A stretch of 64,000 nt of DNA from the human T2T-CHM13v2.0 reference genome, Homo sapiens: the NCBI RefSeq assembly GCF_009914755.1, contig NC_060940.1; one strand, given 5' to 3'. The translations under genes were made by a program, and so were the position numbers. Positions 1 through 12,449 of this stretch are shown piece by piece. A model generated the notes under the pieces. That model was not told where the DNA came from and did no database searches. It saw only the letters and a list, made by a program, of their open reading frames with translations. Position 1 is the stretch's first letter. Each line of letters opens with the position of its first letter.

Positions 1-273
1 AGCACTTTGGGAGGCTGAGGTAGGTGGTCACTTGAGGTCAGGAGTTCGAGATCATGCTGGCCAACATGGTGAAACCCCATCTGTACTAAAAAATACAAAA
101 ATTAGCCAGGCATGGTGGTGGGCGCCTGTAATCTCAGCTATTTGAGAGGCTGAGGGAAGTGAATTGCTTGAACCCAGTAGGTGGAGGTTTCAATGAGCCA
201 AGATCGTCCCACTGCAGTTCAGCCTGGGCGACAGAGTGAGACTCCGTCTCAAAAAGGAAAAACAAACAAAAAA
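1..273 (+). mobile_element. Alu (AluS-like), cut by window start
   Basis: agcactttgggaggctgagg...A-rich linker...right arm...A tail. Confidence 0.95.
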
Positions 274-339
274 ACTAGCATTAACTGGTGCTTTGCTATG
301 ATTTCTACAGGAGTTACAAGAGTTCTTATACGAGCATTC

Positions 340-446
340 TAATTATTACATAGGGGAAACTGAGGCACGGGGCAGTTAAGAAACTCACCTGTACTGAGAA
401 CAAGAATTTGAACACAGGCATTCTGGCTTTAGAGGCCACACTCTAA
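340..446 (-). mobile_element. MIR fragment
   Basis: ggaaactgaggcac...ttaag...tttgaacacagg core on reverse strand. Confidence 0.6.
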
Positions 447-566
447 ATTTCTCCTCTATCCTTGTTCTAGCATTCAGTCCTATCCATGAATACATGAAGC
501 AAATATCATTTTCAGAATCCAGTTTCCAGAGGCGAGCATGTTTTATACATCTGTGGCTATTGGTTT

Positions 567-1681
567 TGTTCCAGGAAAGGGGTCCTGATTTAGAACCCAA
601 GAGGGGGTTTTTAGATCTCACACCAGAAAGAATTTGGGGTGAGTCCACGGTGCAAACTAAAAAAGCAAGTTTATTAGGAAAGGCAAGTGGTGAAAGAACA
701 GCTACTTCATAGACAGAGTAGGGCGTTCCCGAAAGTAAGAGGAAGAACGCATCCACCCTAGGTACAGTGTTTATATATATATGATATATATATCATATAT
801 ATCATACCTATAGCATACATATCATATAGCATACATATCATATATATCATGTATCATACATATATATCATGTCATACATATATATCGTATGACATATCAA
901 TATATTATATATATATGATATATGAGATATAAATGATCTAGATCATATATAATGTACCTATCATATGATGTATATCACATATATATCACATATGTCATAT
1001 GATCCATATCACATATATGGTGTATATCATATATATCACATATATTGTATATTATATATATCATATACTATATATCATATATATTAAATATCCCATATCA
1101 CATATCATATATATCACATGCCATATATTGTATATCATATGTATCATGTATCATATATATCATATATATCATATATCATGTATGAGATATACTTTATCAT
1201 ATATGATCTATATTTTATATATATATCATATATATGATCTATATTATCATATATATGATATATATTATATATATCATATATATCATATATTATCATATAT
1301 AGATCATATATATCACATATATATGTTTTATCATATATATTATCATATAATCATATATGATTTAAAAAGATCTTGGGCAGATTTGCTCTGCTACAAGGGT
1401 TTGTGATAAAGGATTAATTTTCTTAATTATTGTGTTTTGCAAGAATTGATATTATGATCTTTGAAGCAAAATTAGGAATGCCTTTGTTCTCTAGATACCG
1501 GGATATCTGGACACTCGCAAGTCTGGTTCTGTTTAGCAAACATTATTTACTTGTTCCCTTAACCATACACATCTAGAGGCCAGGAATGCCTGACTTCCTG
1601 AGAATGCAGCCCAGCAAGTCCCAGCCTCATATTCCAGCCCTCACTCAAAATGGAGTCACTGTAGTTCGAAGACCTCTGACA
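567..1681 (-). mobile_element. MER41-family ERV1 solo LTR (non-A/B subfamily, C/D/E-like) split by an AT-rich repeat
   Basis: Starts tgttccaggaaaggggtcc, ends ggagtcactgtagttcgaagacctctgaca; both ends match the other two MER41 copies in the window, middle differs. Confidence 0.85.
771..1361. repeat. Degenerate (TA)n/(ATATC)n low-complexity tract, ~590 bp
   Basis: Directly visible atatatcat repeats. Confidence 0.95.
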
Positions 1682-2529
1682 ATTGGACACACGTCTGTGG
1701 TTCCTAACTCAGGACAGATGGATTTCTGTGGACTCCAAGCTTCCAAACGGCAGGCCCCCGGCTGGTCATCTCTTTAGCTCTGGCACTAACCGAGTGCCAA
1801 GCACATTAGCACTTGGTGAATATTGATTGAAATGAATTGAAATTGTGGGTGGAGGAAGGCTGAATAAAGGCCATTTCTCTGAAGAAAAGAAAGAAAAAGA
1901 AAGTCATCTTATCCCGTAGTCAGTGTGGATTGCAGGCACCTTTGGCTTATTTGCAGTATCTTGAAAAGCTGCTTCCCAATCTGGTCTGAGAGAAACACGT
2001 GAGCTGAGGGGACTCTCTAGGGAGATCCCAAGAGGAAACTGCCTCTTCCAGCCTCCCCAGGGAAAAAAAAAAAAAAATAAATAAAAGGCAAACCTCCTTT
2101 CCCAATGTGGCTGAATGTGTCTTTGCAAGACACTCAGCATTCTTGTGTGTTTATTTTCTGGGTCCCCCAAGCCCCGCCCTCCCTCTAACCTGCCCCGTAC
2201 CCCGCCCCCCTTCATGTGGGTGTCAATTACAGCTGACTTTGCAGGCTCCAGCCCTGAACACAACAGCCGGGCATGATGCCCTGGGCCCCATGGCATACGG
2301 CAGTGGAGGTAATTAGCCAGCCTTGACTGGGCCCTCGGTTGCAGTTCGAAATGCTTCTTGAAAAACAAGTTTCTAGCCTTGGAGAGCGTGGCTTTGTACT
2401 TGATAGATGTTCTGAATGTCTTTATTGTGGTACTATGCAAGAAATTGGGATTCTTTTATCCCGGTGCTCTATTTTGGGCTGGTCTTTATAATTAGATCTA
2501 ATTACTCATACAGACGTCATGAGGACAAT

Positions 2530-2940
2530 GACAGCTACCTCACCGAACACATGATATCTGGAAGAATAGTTATAAGCCCTTGGTGCATATTTACTTATTA
2601 CGTTTTCATTACAGGTAGGTTGTATTATTATCTCCATTTTACAGAAAGGGAAGCTGAGGTTCATAGAAGTTAAAGTAACTCACTACAGTCATAGAGCCCC
2701 TTTCTCCTTTCTATATTCTGGGTATTACCAGGTTGGGTACCTTCCACATATTTTCTCTTGTAATCGTTTTAATGTCCTCATGATGATTTTGTTGTCCCTT
2801 TCTTACCGACTTGGAAGCTGAGGTTTTGCCAATGTAATCAGGATGTGATAAATCTCAGAGTAAGTTTGGAAGAAGGATTCGAACCCCAGATTTGAACCCC
2901 AGTGGCCTGATTCTGGAGTTCATGCTCTGTGGCTACAATA
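2530..2940 (-). mobile_element. Two adjacent MIR fragments
   Basis: ccattttacagaaagggaagctgagg and ggaagctgagg...ggattcgaacccc cores. Confidence 0.6.
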
Positions 2941-3259
2941 CATTGCCTATATCGGGTAACAAATGCCTTCAATCCCCTTCGCGCAGAGCTGCTTCATTGC
3001 ATTTTTGCCCTGATGATGCTTTCGGATGCTGCAGAGTGCATTGGAAGGGCACAGAGGCCTGGGGACCACACCCATCTTGGTGGAGAGCCCCAGGCTGCCA
3101 CCTGTGCTAAGGCAGGCAAACTGTTGACTCTTTCTGACATCCAGATACAACTTCTGAGGAGAGGAGATAATACAAAAGTTATTATGAAAGCTAGAGAGAA
3201 TCTGTATAAAATAGCACCAATATGTTCAACATGATGATTACGGGCTCAGATAAAATTGT

Positions 3260-3480
3260 ACCAAAAATCAGACCTGAATTCAAATCTTAGTTCTAGTGTT
3301 GATAGTATTCAGGAAGTTGAAAGGTTATTTAAATCCCCAAGTCTCAGTTTTCCCACCTGTAAGAGGTGAATAAGAGAAAAATACAGTTAAATAGTAAAAA
3401 CCTTAGAGGATTCTATGAGGTCCTGTCTGATTAAACACGCAGGATATAATAGCATTCAGTTGAGGGTAGCTATTAGCTAT
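3260..3480 (+). mobile_element. MIR fragment
   Basis: cagacctgaattcaaatc...tctcagttttcccacctgtaa. Confidence 0.6.
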
Positions 3481-4894
3481 CAGTGTAATTATGAAAACAT
3501 TAGTTGAACCTGAGCACTTTCCATGTGCGATAGACCCACTAAATTAAAGTTGAAGAAAGTCCTTTGAACAGAAGAAATTACAGTGATTTACAGCATCTGT
3601 TCTTCCCCCAGTACCTTTCTATTGATTGAAGGGCTGTATGTTGTAGTTAATTAAAATGAATATCTTCAATTGGATACAGCAATGCTTTTGCAAAAGAAGA
3701 GATAGCAGGATTGCAGCACAGTACAGGGGTGTGACTCTTTCATTCACAGTTTGGGGAGCTCAGAACTTTCTTTTGGGTTGCAGAAATAAGTTATGTTTCA
3801 ATAGAATTCAAATAAATAAACATGTGAGGCGTTATTATGCTTATAAATTTGAAGGCTGTGATCATTCCTCCTAAACAGTGGATGAAGATTTTCTAAAAAT
3901 GCAAAAATCATCTCAGTGGGTATTCCACCCTTTTCTCCTGCCTACAGAAATGCCAGATGCACTCAGGCTGGTGTTGGGCTCTGTGATGTGTTTGCTTTGT
4001 GAGCCTCCTGGGCATCTAGGTGTGGCCACAGGACAAGATCTTGTCAAAGAGATGGAACTGCCAGTTTCTGAGAGGTCTCTGGGGAAGCTTTCATTTTCCT
4101 GTTGGAGTGGGTACCTTCTAACACCGTTTCTCCTTCCCAGCCTTAATGGTGTCATTATAGTGTTAACGGTGGGGCTACAGAACTGGATATATAACCGCAT
4201 GGCACCTTGACCCTGGTGTTAGAGTGTAGTAGAACAGTCACAGCACAGGCTGGACGTATGTCACCTGAGAACCTTAATCCCTCTTCAATTAAGCCTCCGC
4301 AGTTAGGATTTCTATTATTTGCATCCAAAAGCAATTCTAGCTGATATAACTTGAAAAATTACCGCAAAATTTTATTTCCTATACAAATGTGCTGTGTCAG
4401 GTGTGAGTGTGTGCGTTTATGATATGAACAATAGTTCTTCCATTAAATATTACCTATTCGTTTTTTGTTCCAGATGAGGACTAACATGTAACCATTTCTT
4501 TTGTTTTCTAATCTTATCTTTTTCCTTCATGAGAGTTTACTTGCCATTTTCAAACACAGAAAGATATGTTTACAAAAGCAAAAAACTTGTCTTCTTATGT
4601 TGAAATTTTTCTGGTGTTTGTTTGCATTCCTAGGCCCACTGGTTATCCATGAACAGAAAAGTGTTTTCCAAGCTAACATTTGACATGAGAATCAAAAGCG
4701 AGTATTGAAAAACAGCTTTAATAAAATGGAGGTGGCAGGTTTTAGCTGAAAAACTCCAATTATCAGAAGGTGTTGGTATTTCTCAAGGAAGAACACAATA
4801 CAGCTAAATTTCTGACTCTCCCGGAGATAATTTGGAGGGAGCAATGTCATCAAAGGAGGGCAGATTATATGTGGGAAGAAAATGTTCAGGAATG

Positions 4895-5244
<350 letters not shown>

Positions 5245-5256
5245 TTAAGTAAACTC

Positions 5257-6085
5257 TTTTTTTATTTTTTTAATTTTAAATTTACAGGTACACTTGCAGG
5301 TTTGTTGCACAGATAAGCTTGTGTGATGGGGGTTTGTGGTACAGATTATTTCATCACCCAGGTATTAAGCCTAGTACTCATTCATTGTTTTTTGTGATTC
5401 TCCCCTCCTCCCACCATTCACCCTCCAAAAGGCCCCTGTGTTTTGTCCCCCTCTATGTGTCCATGTGTTCTCATTATTTAGCTCCTACTTTACTTTTCTG
5501 TTTCTGTGTTAATTTGCTAAGGATAATGGCCTCGAGGTCCATCCATGTCCCTGCAAAGGACATCATCTTATTCTTACTTTTGGATGCATAGTATTCCATG
5601 GTGTGTATAAACCACAGATTCTTTATCCAGTGTATTAGTCTGTTCTCATGCTGCTAATAAAGACGTACCTGAGACTGGGTAATTTATAAAGGAAGAAGAT
5701 TAAATTGACTGACAGTTCCACGTGGCTGGGGAGGCCTCACAGTCATGATGGGAGGCAAAGGAGGAGAGAAGTCACATCTTACATAGTGGCAAGCCAGAGA
5801 ATTTGTGTAGAGGAACTCCCTTTTATAAAACCATCTTGTCACATGAGAGTCAGTATCCTGAGAACAGCACATGAAAGACCAGCCCTCATGATTCAATTAT
5901 TTCCCGCCTGGTTCCCCCAGGACATGTGGGAATTGTCAGAGCTACCAGTCAAGATGAGATTGGGGTGGGGACACAGCCAAGCCATATCATCCAGTCTACA
6001 CTGATGACATTTAAGTTGATTCCACATCTTGGCTATTGTGAATAGTGCTGCAGTGAGTATACGCATGCATGGGTCTTTGTATTAC
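5257..6085 (-). mobile_element. L1 3' end fragment (older L1PA/L1PB) interrupted by THE1 LTR
   Basis: Poly(T), then caggtttgttgc...ccatgtgttctcattatttagctcc...tgcatagtattccatggtgtg; resumes after the LTR with ggctattgtgaatagtgctgc. Confidence 0.85.
5631..5989 (-). mobile_element. THE1 (ERVL-MaLR) solo LTR
   Basis: tgtattagtctgttctc...ggggacacagccaagccatatca; 5-bp TSD tccag at 5626-5630 and 5990-5994. Confidence 0.92.
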
Positions 6086-6853
6086 AATAGAACTTTTTAT
6101 TGGCACATGAAAATACAAATAAGCCTCCAAATAGTGTGTAATACAATTTCTTTGAACCCTCGTGTTTTACCTTACAAATTTATGTAAAATTTTCATAGTT
6201 TTTCATGATATACTCATGTTGGTTTATATAACAAGAATGTGGCCCCCGCACCAATGACTAAACCAAATTAGTGATATAAAGAGTTATCCATGTTTATGGT
6301 ATTGGATTGTGTATTCTCTGGCATCCAATTTGAGAAACCTGAGAATGGTCCTGTGGTTGGCTATCAGGTACCCAGGGAGAAATGTAGCCGCTTTCAATTT
6401 GAAAACCCTTTTCCAGGTAACAAAGATTGACCTACATTATTCCATTTTGATCTTTACAGAAACCCATTCCCATTGTTGGCCAGCATGTCATTTTGACTTT
6501 TGTTGGTTTTATTAGTGAGAACACTGAATATCATTCCAGAGTCAGGGCTCTGATCCTGGAGCATCAGTCATCTCTACTTAAGTCCTTTCATTGCCCCGAG
6601 CTCCTTCTCATTCGTTCATGAGAGTCGTTGACGAGGTGGATCCTGGAGTAGTCTCAGACGGCCTTGCCCTCTGTTCATCATCCTTTTGATGGAATCTCCC
6701 TGTTAGTAGTTCCAAATCATAGTTACCATGAGTTGAACAGTTGTTTGTACCAGGAGCTGAGCAAAGCCCTTTCTTGCACATTGTCACATTGAGTATTCAC
6801 AGTAAATGTAAGAGGTAGATTTACTGTTATCTCATTTTGAAAGATGTGGAACT

Positions 6854-7161
6854 GGCCAGGTGCAGTGGCTCATGCCTGTAATCCCAACACTTTGGGAGGT
6901 CGAGGCAGGTGGATCACCTGAGGTCAGGAGTTCAAGACCAGCCTGGCCAACATGGCGGAGCCCTGTGTCTACTAAAAATACAAAAATTAGCTGGGCATGG
7001 TGGCGGATGCCTGTAATCCAAGATACTTGGGAGGCTGAGGCAGGGAGAACAACTTGAACCCAGGAGGTGGAGGTTGCAGTGAGATAACATCATGCCTTTG
7101 TGCTCCAGCCTGGGTGACAAGAGTGAGACTCTGTCTAAAAAAAAAAAAAAAAAAAAAAAAA
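6854..7161 (+). mobile_element. Alu (AluS) inserted in a MIR
   Basis: Full dimer; TSD aaagatgtggaact / aaaggtgtcgaact. Confidence 0.95.
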
Positions 7162-8091
7162 AGGAAAGGTGTCGAACTGAGGCTCGAGCATTTTGGTAAG
7201 TTATCTAACATCACATTACTGGGGAGTGGCCATGCTGAGACATGAGTTACAGTTTTCCAGATACCAAAACTCTTAGCTGTTCCATTGACAGCTTCCTAGC
7301 AGGGATAGCACACCAAGCCTCTACCCTTTCCTTGGGTAGTACTCATCCTCTGACTCTGTCACCCGCTTTATCCTCTTGGTGATGGCAGAGCTACTTGGAA
7401 TCACTAGTAACTGCATTAGAATGATGTGCAGTTGTCTATCCAATGAGTTTTGTCCATTATTTCTTTAGCCGTAAATAAATGAGGAAAGTACAGAATTATT
7501 GGTGGGGGGTGGTCTTTGAAAAAGCTAGGGTGGGAGAATATCGAGAATGATATAATTATCTATTTGCTGCTTCTGGTCCGCCGACTTGCTGGCTTTTTTT
7601 TTTTTTAATAGGATTATGGAAGATGAAAAGGAAGCGCTTACTTCAGCTTATAAGAGCAATGTAAGCAATTTTGCATTGCACTCACTCCCCAGGGGTGGTG
7701 TGAACATGTTTCTAGTAAATTAAAGTATCATAAAAGCATTGGCAACATGGCAACTTTTATATTAATTTCTTAATTTTTCGCAGGCTTAATTATAAATCTC
7801 TTGGGAGAAGAGGCAAGGCCTGTCGGTTCCTGGGAAAACAGTGTTGCATCTCTAGGCTTGAAGGTCTGCTCTTCTGCTCAGAAGTATGTGTGCTGTGATG
7901 TAGGCTGGGTGGCTGCTGTAGGTTGCATGCACTACTTGTGCCTAGTGATGGTAGTGATGCCCTGTGGACAAGACATTAGGCTGGGAGGCCCATGCATGCA
8001 GCCAAGTGGAGAGAGTGCTCTTGGACAAGGTGTTGTGTGACTCTTAGCATGTAGTAATGTGTCATAAGAGCACAGTCTCTGCAGTTTACTA

Positions 8092-8410
<319 letters not shown>

Positions 8411-8788
8411 TTCTGGATCCTCCTGTACTACCTGTGTGACCTAGAGAAATTTGACCAGCCCTTTGATCTGTGAAATATGATGGTATCAATGTCACCTGGG
8501 ATATGCATGAAAAAGCCTACATCCTGCAGCACTACTGAGCATCCTCACCAGCCTAGGGGTATCTCCAGTGAGACGAACCATCAGGAAAACAATATATATC
8601 CCTATGGATGAAGCCACTGTTAGGCAGGTTTTGTTACTTGCAGCCTAAAGTCTCCTCACCTTTAGTAGTCACTAAATTAGAATGGTGCAGCAGCCCATTG
8701 AGTTCCGGATTCACTGAATGATGGCATATTTATGCTGGACAGAATCTTAGCTCTGCCCAGTGAGTTTACCACATGCCTTCTTTACTTA

Positions 8789-9083
8789 ATATTTTTATTA
8801 TTATTTTGAGATGGAGTCTCTGTTGACCAGGCTGGAGTGCAGTGGTGTGATCTCTTCTCACTGCAACCTCTGCCTCCCAGGTTCATGAAATTCTCCTGCC
8901 TCAGCCTCCTGAGTAGCTAAGATTAGAGGTGCATGCCACCACACCTGGCTAATTTTTGTATTTTTAGCAGAGATGGGGTTTCACCATATTGGTCAGGCTG
9001 GTCTTGAACTCCTGACCTCAGCTGATCCACCTGCCTCAGCCTCCCAAAGTGCTAGGATTACAGATATGAGACATTGCACCCGG
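8789..9083 (-). mobile_element. Alu (AluS)
   Basis: Reverse dimer; 15-bp TSD tgccttctttactta. Confidence 0.95.
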
Positions 9084-9255
9084 TGCCTTCTTTACTTACA
9101 AATCTACTGTAAGGAAAGTGAAAAATCAGGAGGGAGGGCTCCTTGAAAAACCCAGGGGGAAATATCCTGGCTTTGCTGGCCAGATCCCAATGAGTTAGTT
9201 CCTCTGGATTTCATTTCTCAAGATTCTGGAATTTCCTCTCCCCTCTCCTTCCTTC

Positions 9256-9284
9256 CCCTACCCTACCCTACCCTACCCTACCCT
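9256..9284. repeat. (CCCTA)5 pentanucleotide repeat
   Basis: ccctaccctaccctaccctaccctaccct. Confidence 0.9.
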
Positions 9285-9531
9285 CTTCTTTCCTCTGCCC
9301 TTCTGTAGCATAGTATGGTTTAAAATGTGATCACATTCTATTTTAATCATGGAAAGATTTTTTTCTCTGGCCTCTTGTCTTTTCTGGGCTACATGCCACA
9401 TATTGGTAGGGAATATATCTTATGTTTTTACATGTCCTTCAATTAATTTTGAAATATTAATTTTATGATAGGTTAACTTATGCTGCACACACATACATAC
9501 ACAAAAGATATATGGTCTTATAAATAGGTAT

Positions 9532-9635
9532 GGCTGGACAAGGTGACTCAGGAGGCTTAGGCAGGAAGATCACTTCAGCCCATGTGTTCTCAGTCTAGCC
9601 TGGGCAAAATAGCTAGTCCACATCTCTTAAAAAAT
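9532..9635 (+). mobile_element. Diverged Alu monomer (FLAM/AluJ-like) with deletion
   Basis: ggctggacaaggtgactc...ggcaggaagatcacttcagccc...agcctgggcaaaatag. Confidence 0.7.
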
Positions 9636-9690
9636 TAATTAACTAAAGAACACTATGTGTGGAAAATACTGGATTAGAAAGATTAGACAG

Positions 9691-10000
9691 GGCTGGGAGC
9701 AGTGGCTCACGCCTGTAATCCCAGCACTTTGGGAGGCCAAGGTGGGTGGATCATTTGAGGTCAGGAGTTAGAGAACACTCTGACCAGCGTGGCAAAACCC
9801 CATCTCTACAAAAAATACAAAAAAGAAAATTAGCCAGGCATGGTGTCAGGTGCCTATAATCTCAGCTACTCAAGAGGCTGAGGCATAAGAATTGCTTGAA
9901 CCCAGGAGGCAGAGGTTGCAATGAGCTTAGTTGGTGCTACTGCACTCCGGCCTGGGCCACAGAGCGTGAGTTCATGTAAAAAAAAAAAAAAAAAAAAAAA
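9691..10000 (+). mobile_element. Alu (AluS)
   Basis: Full dimer with A23 tail. Confidence 0.95.
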
Positions 10001-10334
10001 CAGAATTTTTTTTTTCTTTTTTCTTTTTCTTTTCTTTTTTTGCAGGACTTCTTTGTATCTTTAATCTGCAAATGAATGTGAATTGTAAATCTCCATGGAG
10101 TGATATAGAATAAGGCACTTTCCAAACTTACCGGACGAGAGAAATTTTTTTTCATAAAACATCTTGCAGAAACTCACTTTAGAGAACCTGCATATCTCCA
10201 GTTTTTAAATTTCATTTGTCTTTTTAAAAATGTGCAATATTTTTTCAACTTTTTATTTTGAAAAATTCTAAACATGAAAAAATGTAAGACTTGTACAATA
10301 ACCCTTATATACGTCTACCAGAATCACCAATTTC

Positions 10335-10339
10335 TATTT

Positions 10340-10374
<35 letters not shown>

Positions 10375-10752
10375 TTTTCTGAGACAGAGTCTTGGTCTGT
10401 CACCCAGGCTGGAGTGCAATGGCATGATCTTGGCTCACTGCAACCTGTGCCTCCCGGGTTCAAGCGACTCTTGCCTCAGCCTCCCGAGTAGCTGGGATTG
10501 CAGGCGTCTGCCACCATGTCTGGCTAATTTTCCTGTTTCTAGTAGAGACGGGGTTTCACCATGTTGGCCAGGCTGGTCTGGAACTCCTGACCTCAAGTGA
10601 TCCCCCTGCCTCAGCCTCCCAAAGTGCTGGTATTACAGGCGTGAGCCACCACGTCCAGCCCCAGGCTGGTTTTGAACTCCTGGGCTCAACTGATTCACCT
10701 GCCTTGGCTTCCCAAAGTGCTGGGATTGTAGGCATGAGCTCCTGGGCCTGGC
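10335..10752 (-). mobile_element. Alu dimer fused to an extra partial left arm
   Basis: (TTTA)n tail, full Alu to ~10660, second left-arm piece 10661-10752; shared TSD ccagaatcacca(a/g)ttt. Confidence 0.9.
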
Positions 10753-11617
10753 CCAGAATCACCAGTTTTTAATATTAAATATTTTTTACTGCATTTGCTC
10801 ATCCTCTGTCTCCCTCTTTTCCTTCCCTTCCTCTCCCTCCCCTTCTCTCTCTCCTTCTCTCTGTCTTTTTGCAAATTCTTGATGGGTATCTTTTCGTGAC
10901 AAGAAAGAAGGTGGTCTGGATGCCAGTTGCCTCCTCCACTTGCCTTTAAGAAAATAACTGAACACGCTGTAGGGCAGGTGCCTGTATGTTTCACTTGTCT
11001 TGGTTGATGATTTATTATAATCCCATCTTAGAATCCTAGAATCTCAAGTTGCAGAGGGACCTGAAAGGTTATCTAATCCACCCCTTGCTCACCTGCCCAC
11101 CCCGCCTGCATTCCCTACCCATGCTTTCGAATGCCATTTATTGTGTTTGCCAGGGTTTGTTGGTTAGTCCATTCTGAGTGGAATGAAACTTGCAAATAAG
11201 GCCTTGTGGAGAGCCTGCCCTCTTCCTGGGCATCATCCAAGCGATCTATTAGCAGCTTCCATTTATCAGCGTCTTGTGTGGGTGTAGTGGGCCTAATAAT
11301 GGGAGCTCAGTCAGAGAGCAGCATTTTGATAGAGGACTGAAGTGTTTTGCCAAGTCTTGATTACCCATAATAACAAGAATGAAAACTTTGGCCCTGGTTA
11401 TGCACAGATTTATTGAATCATGGAATATTCATGCTGGATGGAATCTTAGGATCATCTGGTTCAGTCCCTGAAGTTTTCAAAGGAGGAAGTGAGTGGAGAA
11501 CAAGAGAGAATGAGTAGTTTGCCTAAAATCTCATCACTACCATGGTTGCTGATTCCAGGCCCAGGTTATCTCCCGAGCCACTAGGCTTATCTCAGGACAG
11601 CAACAGAAAACTTTTCA

Positions 11618-11664
<47 letters not shown>
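11618..11664. repeat. (CA)n microsatellite
   Basis: About 23 perfect units. Confidence 0.97.
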
Positions 11665-11668
<4 letters not shown>

Positions 11669-12449
11669 GCATGCCCCACACATTGCAAACATAATCATAT
11701 ACACGGGCACATCTATACATAAGCATAGGTGGGCACAGGTGCACAAACTTACCTGCAATCTCATTCATAAATGGAATTTCCATTCCGTTGAAATATAGCT
11801 CATGACTGGGGACTCCACTGACCTGCAGTTCACAATCTAGAAGTGTGAACTTGGAAATAGAAACTCATCCAAATACATGACCACAGTTTATTCACCTGTG
11901 TGGTGCCTCTTGCAGATAGCAGAGGGGAGGAGAATAAGAACGAACATTGTAAGGCTGTTGGGATGACTGGTCCGTGGAGTGACAGAAGAGATTAGAAATC
12001 CAGGTTTATTGGGAGGGCATCTCAAAGCAGCCACATTTTATCCCTATTCGGGTCAGAAATGAAATGTTTATGATGGCTGGAATGAGATCCCACAGGAAAC
12101 TTGAGTTTACTAAGTGCCAGCTAGGCACTCTTTCCTTGCATAATCTTATATAGTCGTCATCATGGTTATGTTTCTGGTGAAAAAAAAATTAGATATGGAA
12201 ATGCTATTAGTTACCCCAAATTCCACAGCCAGTAAATGGTAAAACCAAGAATCAAATGTGGATCCAGAGAGCACTGAGAACATAGGAATACATAAAAAAG
12301 AAAACGCATTTCAAAGAGAAACACAGCAGAGTTTTAGAAGTGTCCTAATGGTAAATCTCCCCCTAAATTTTTGGAAACAAATTTGCATTTTCCTGCTGGT
12401 TTTTCCAGGCAGGACTTTCTCCTCTCAGCAAAGCCCTATAGACCTTTAG

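Noticed and set aside
999-1406. 135-aa Tyr/Ile/His-rich ORF (similarly 25372-25881, 45987-46335, 51914-52441, 53162-53607)
   Set aside because: Simple-repeat translations
1904-2440. 178-aa minus-strand ORF
   Set aside because: Crosses a homopolymer (poly-Phe), has no recognisable domain and no exon structure
2600-2620. Recursive-splice-like ttttcattacag|gtaggt
   Set aside because: Lies in a MIR remnant with a short pyrimidine tract; likely chance
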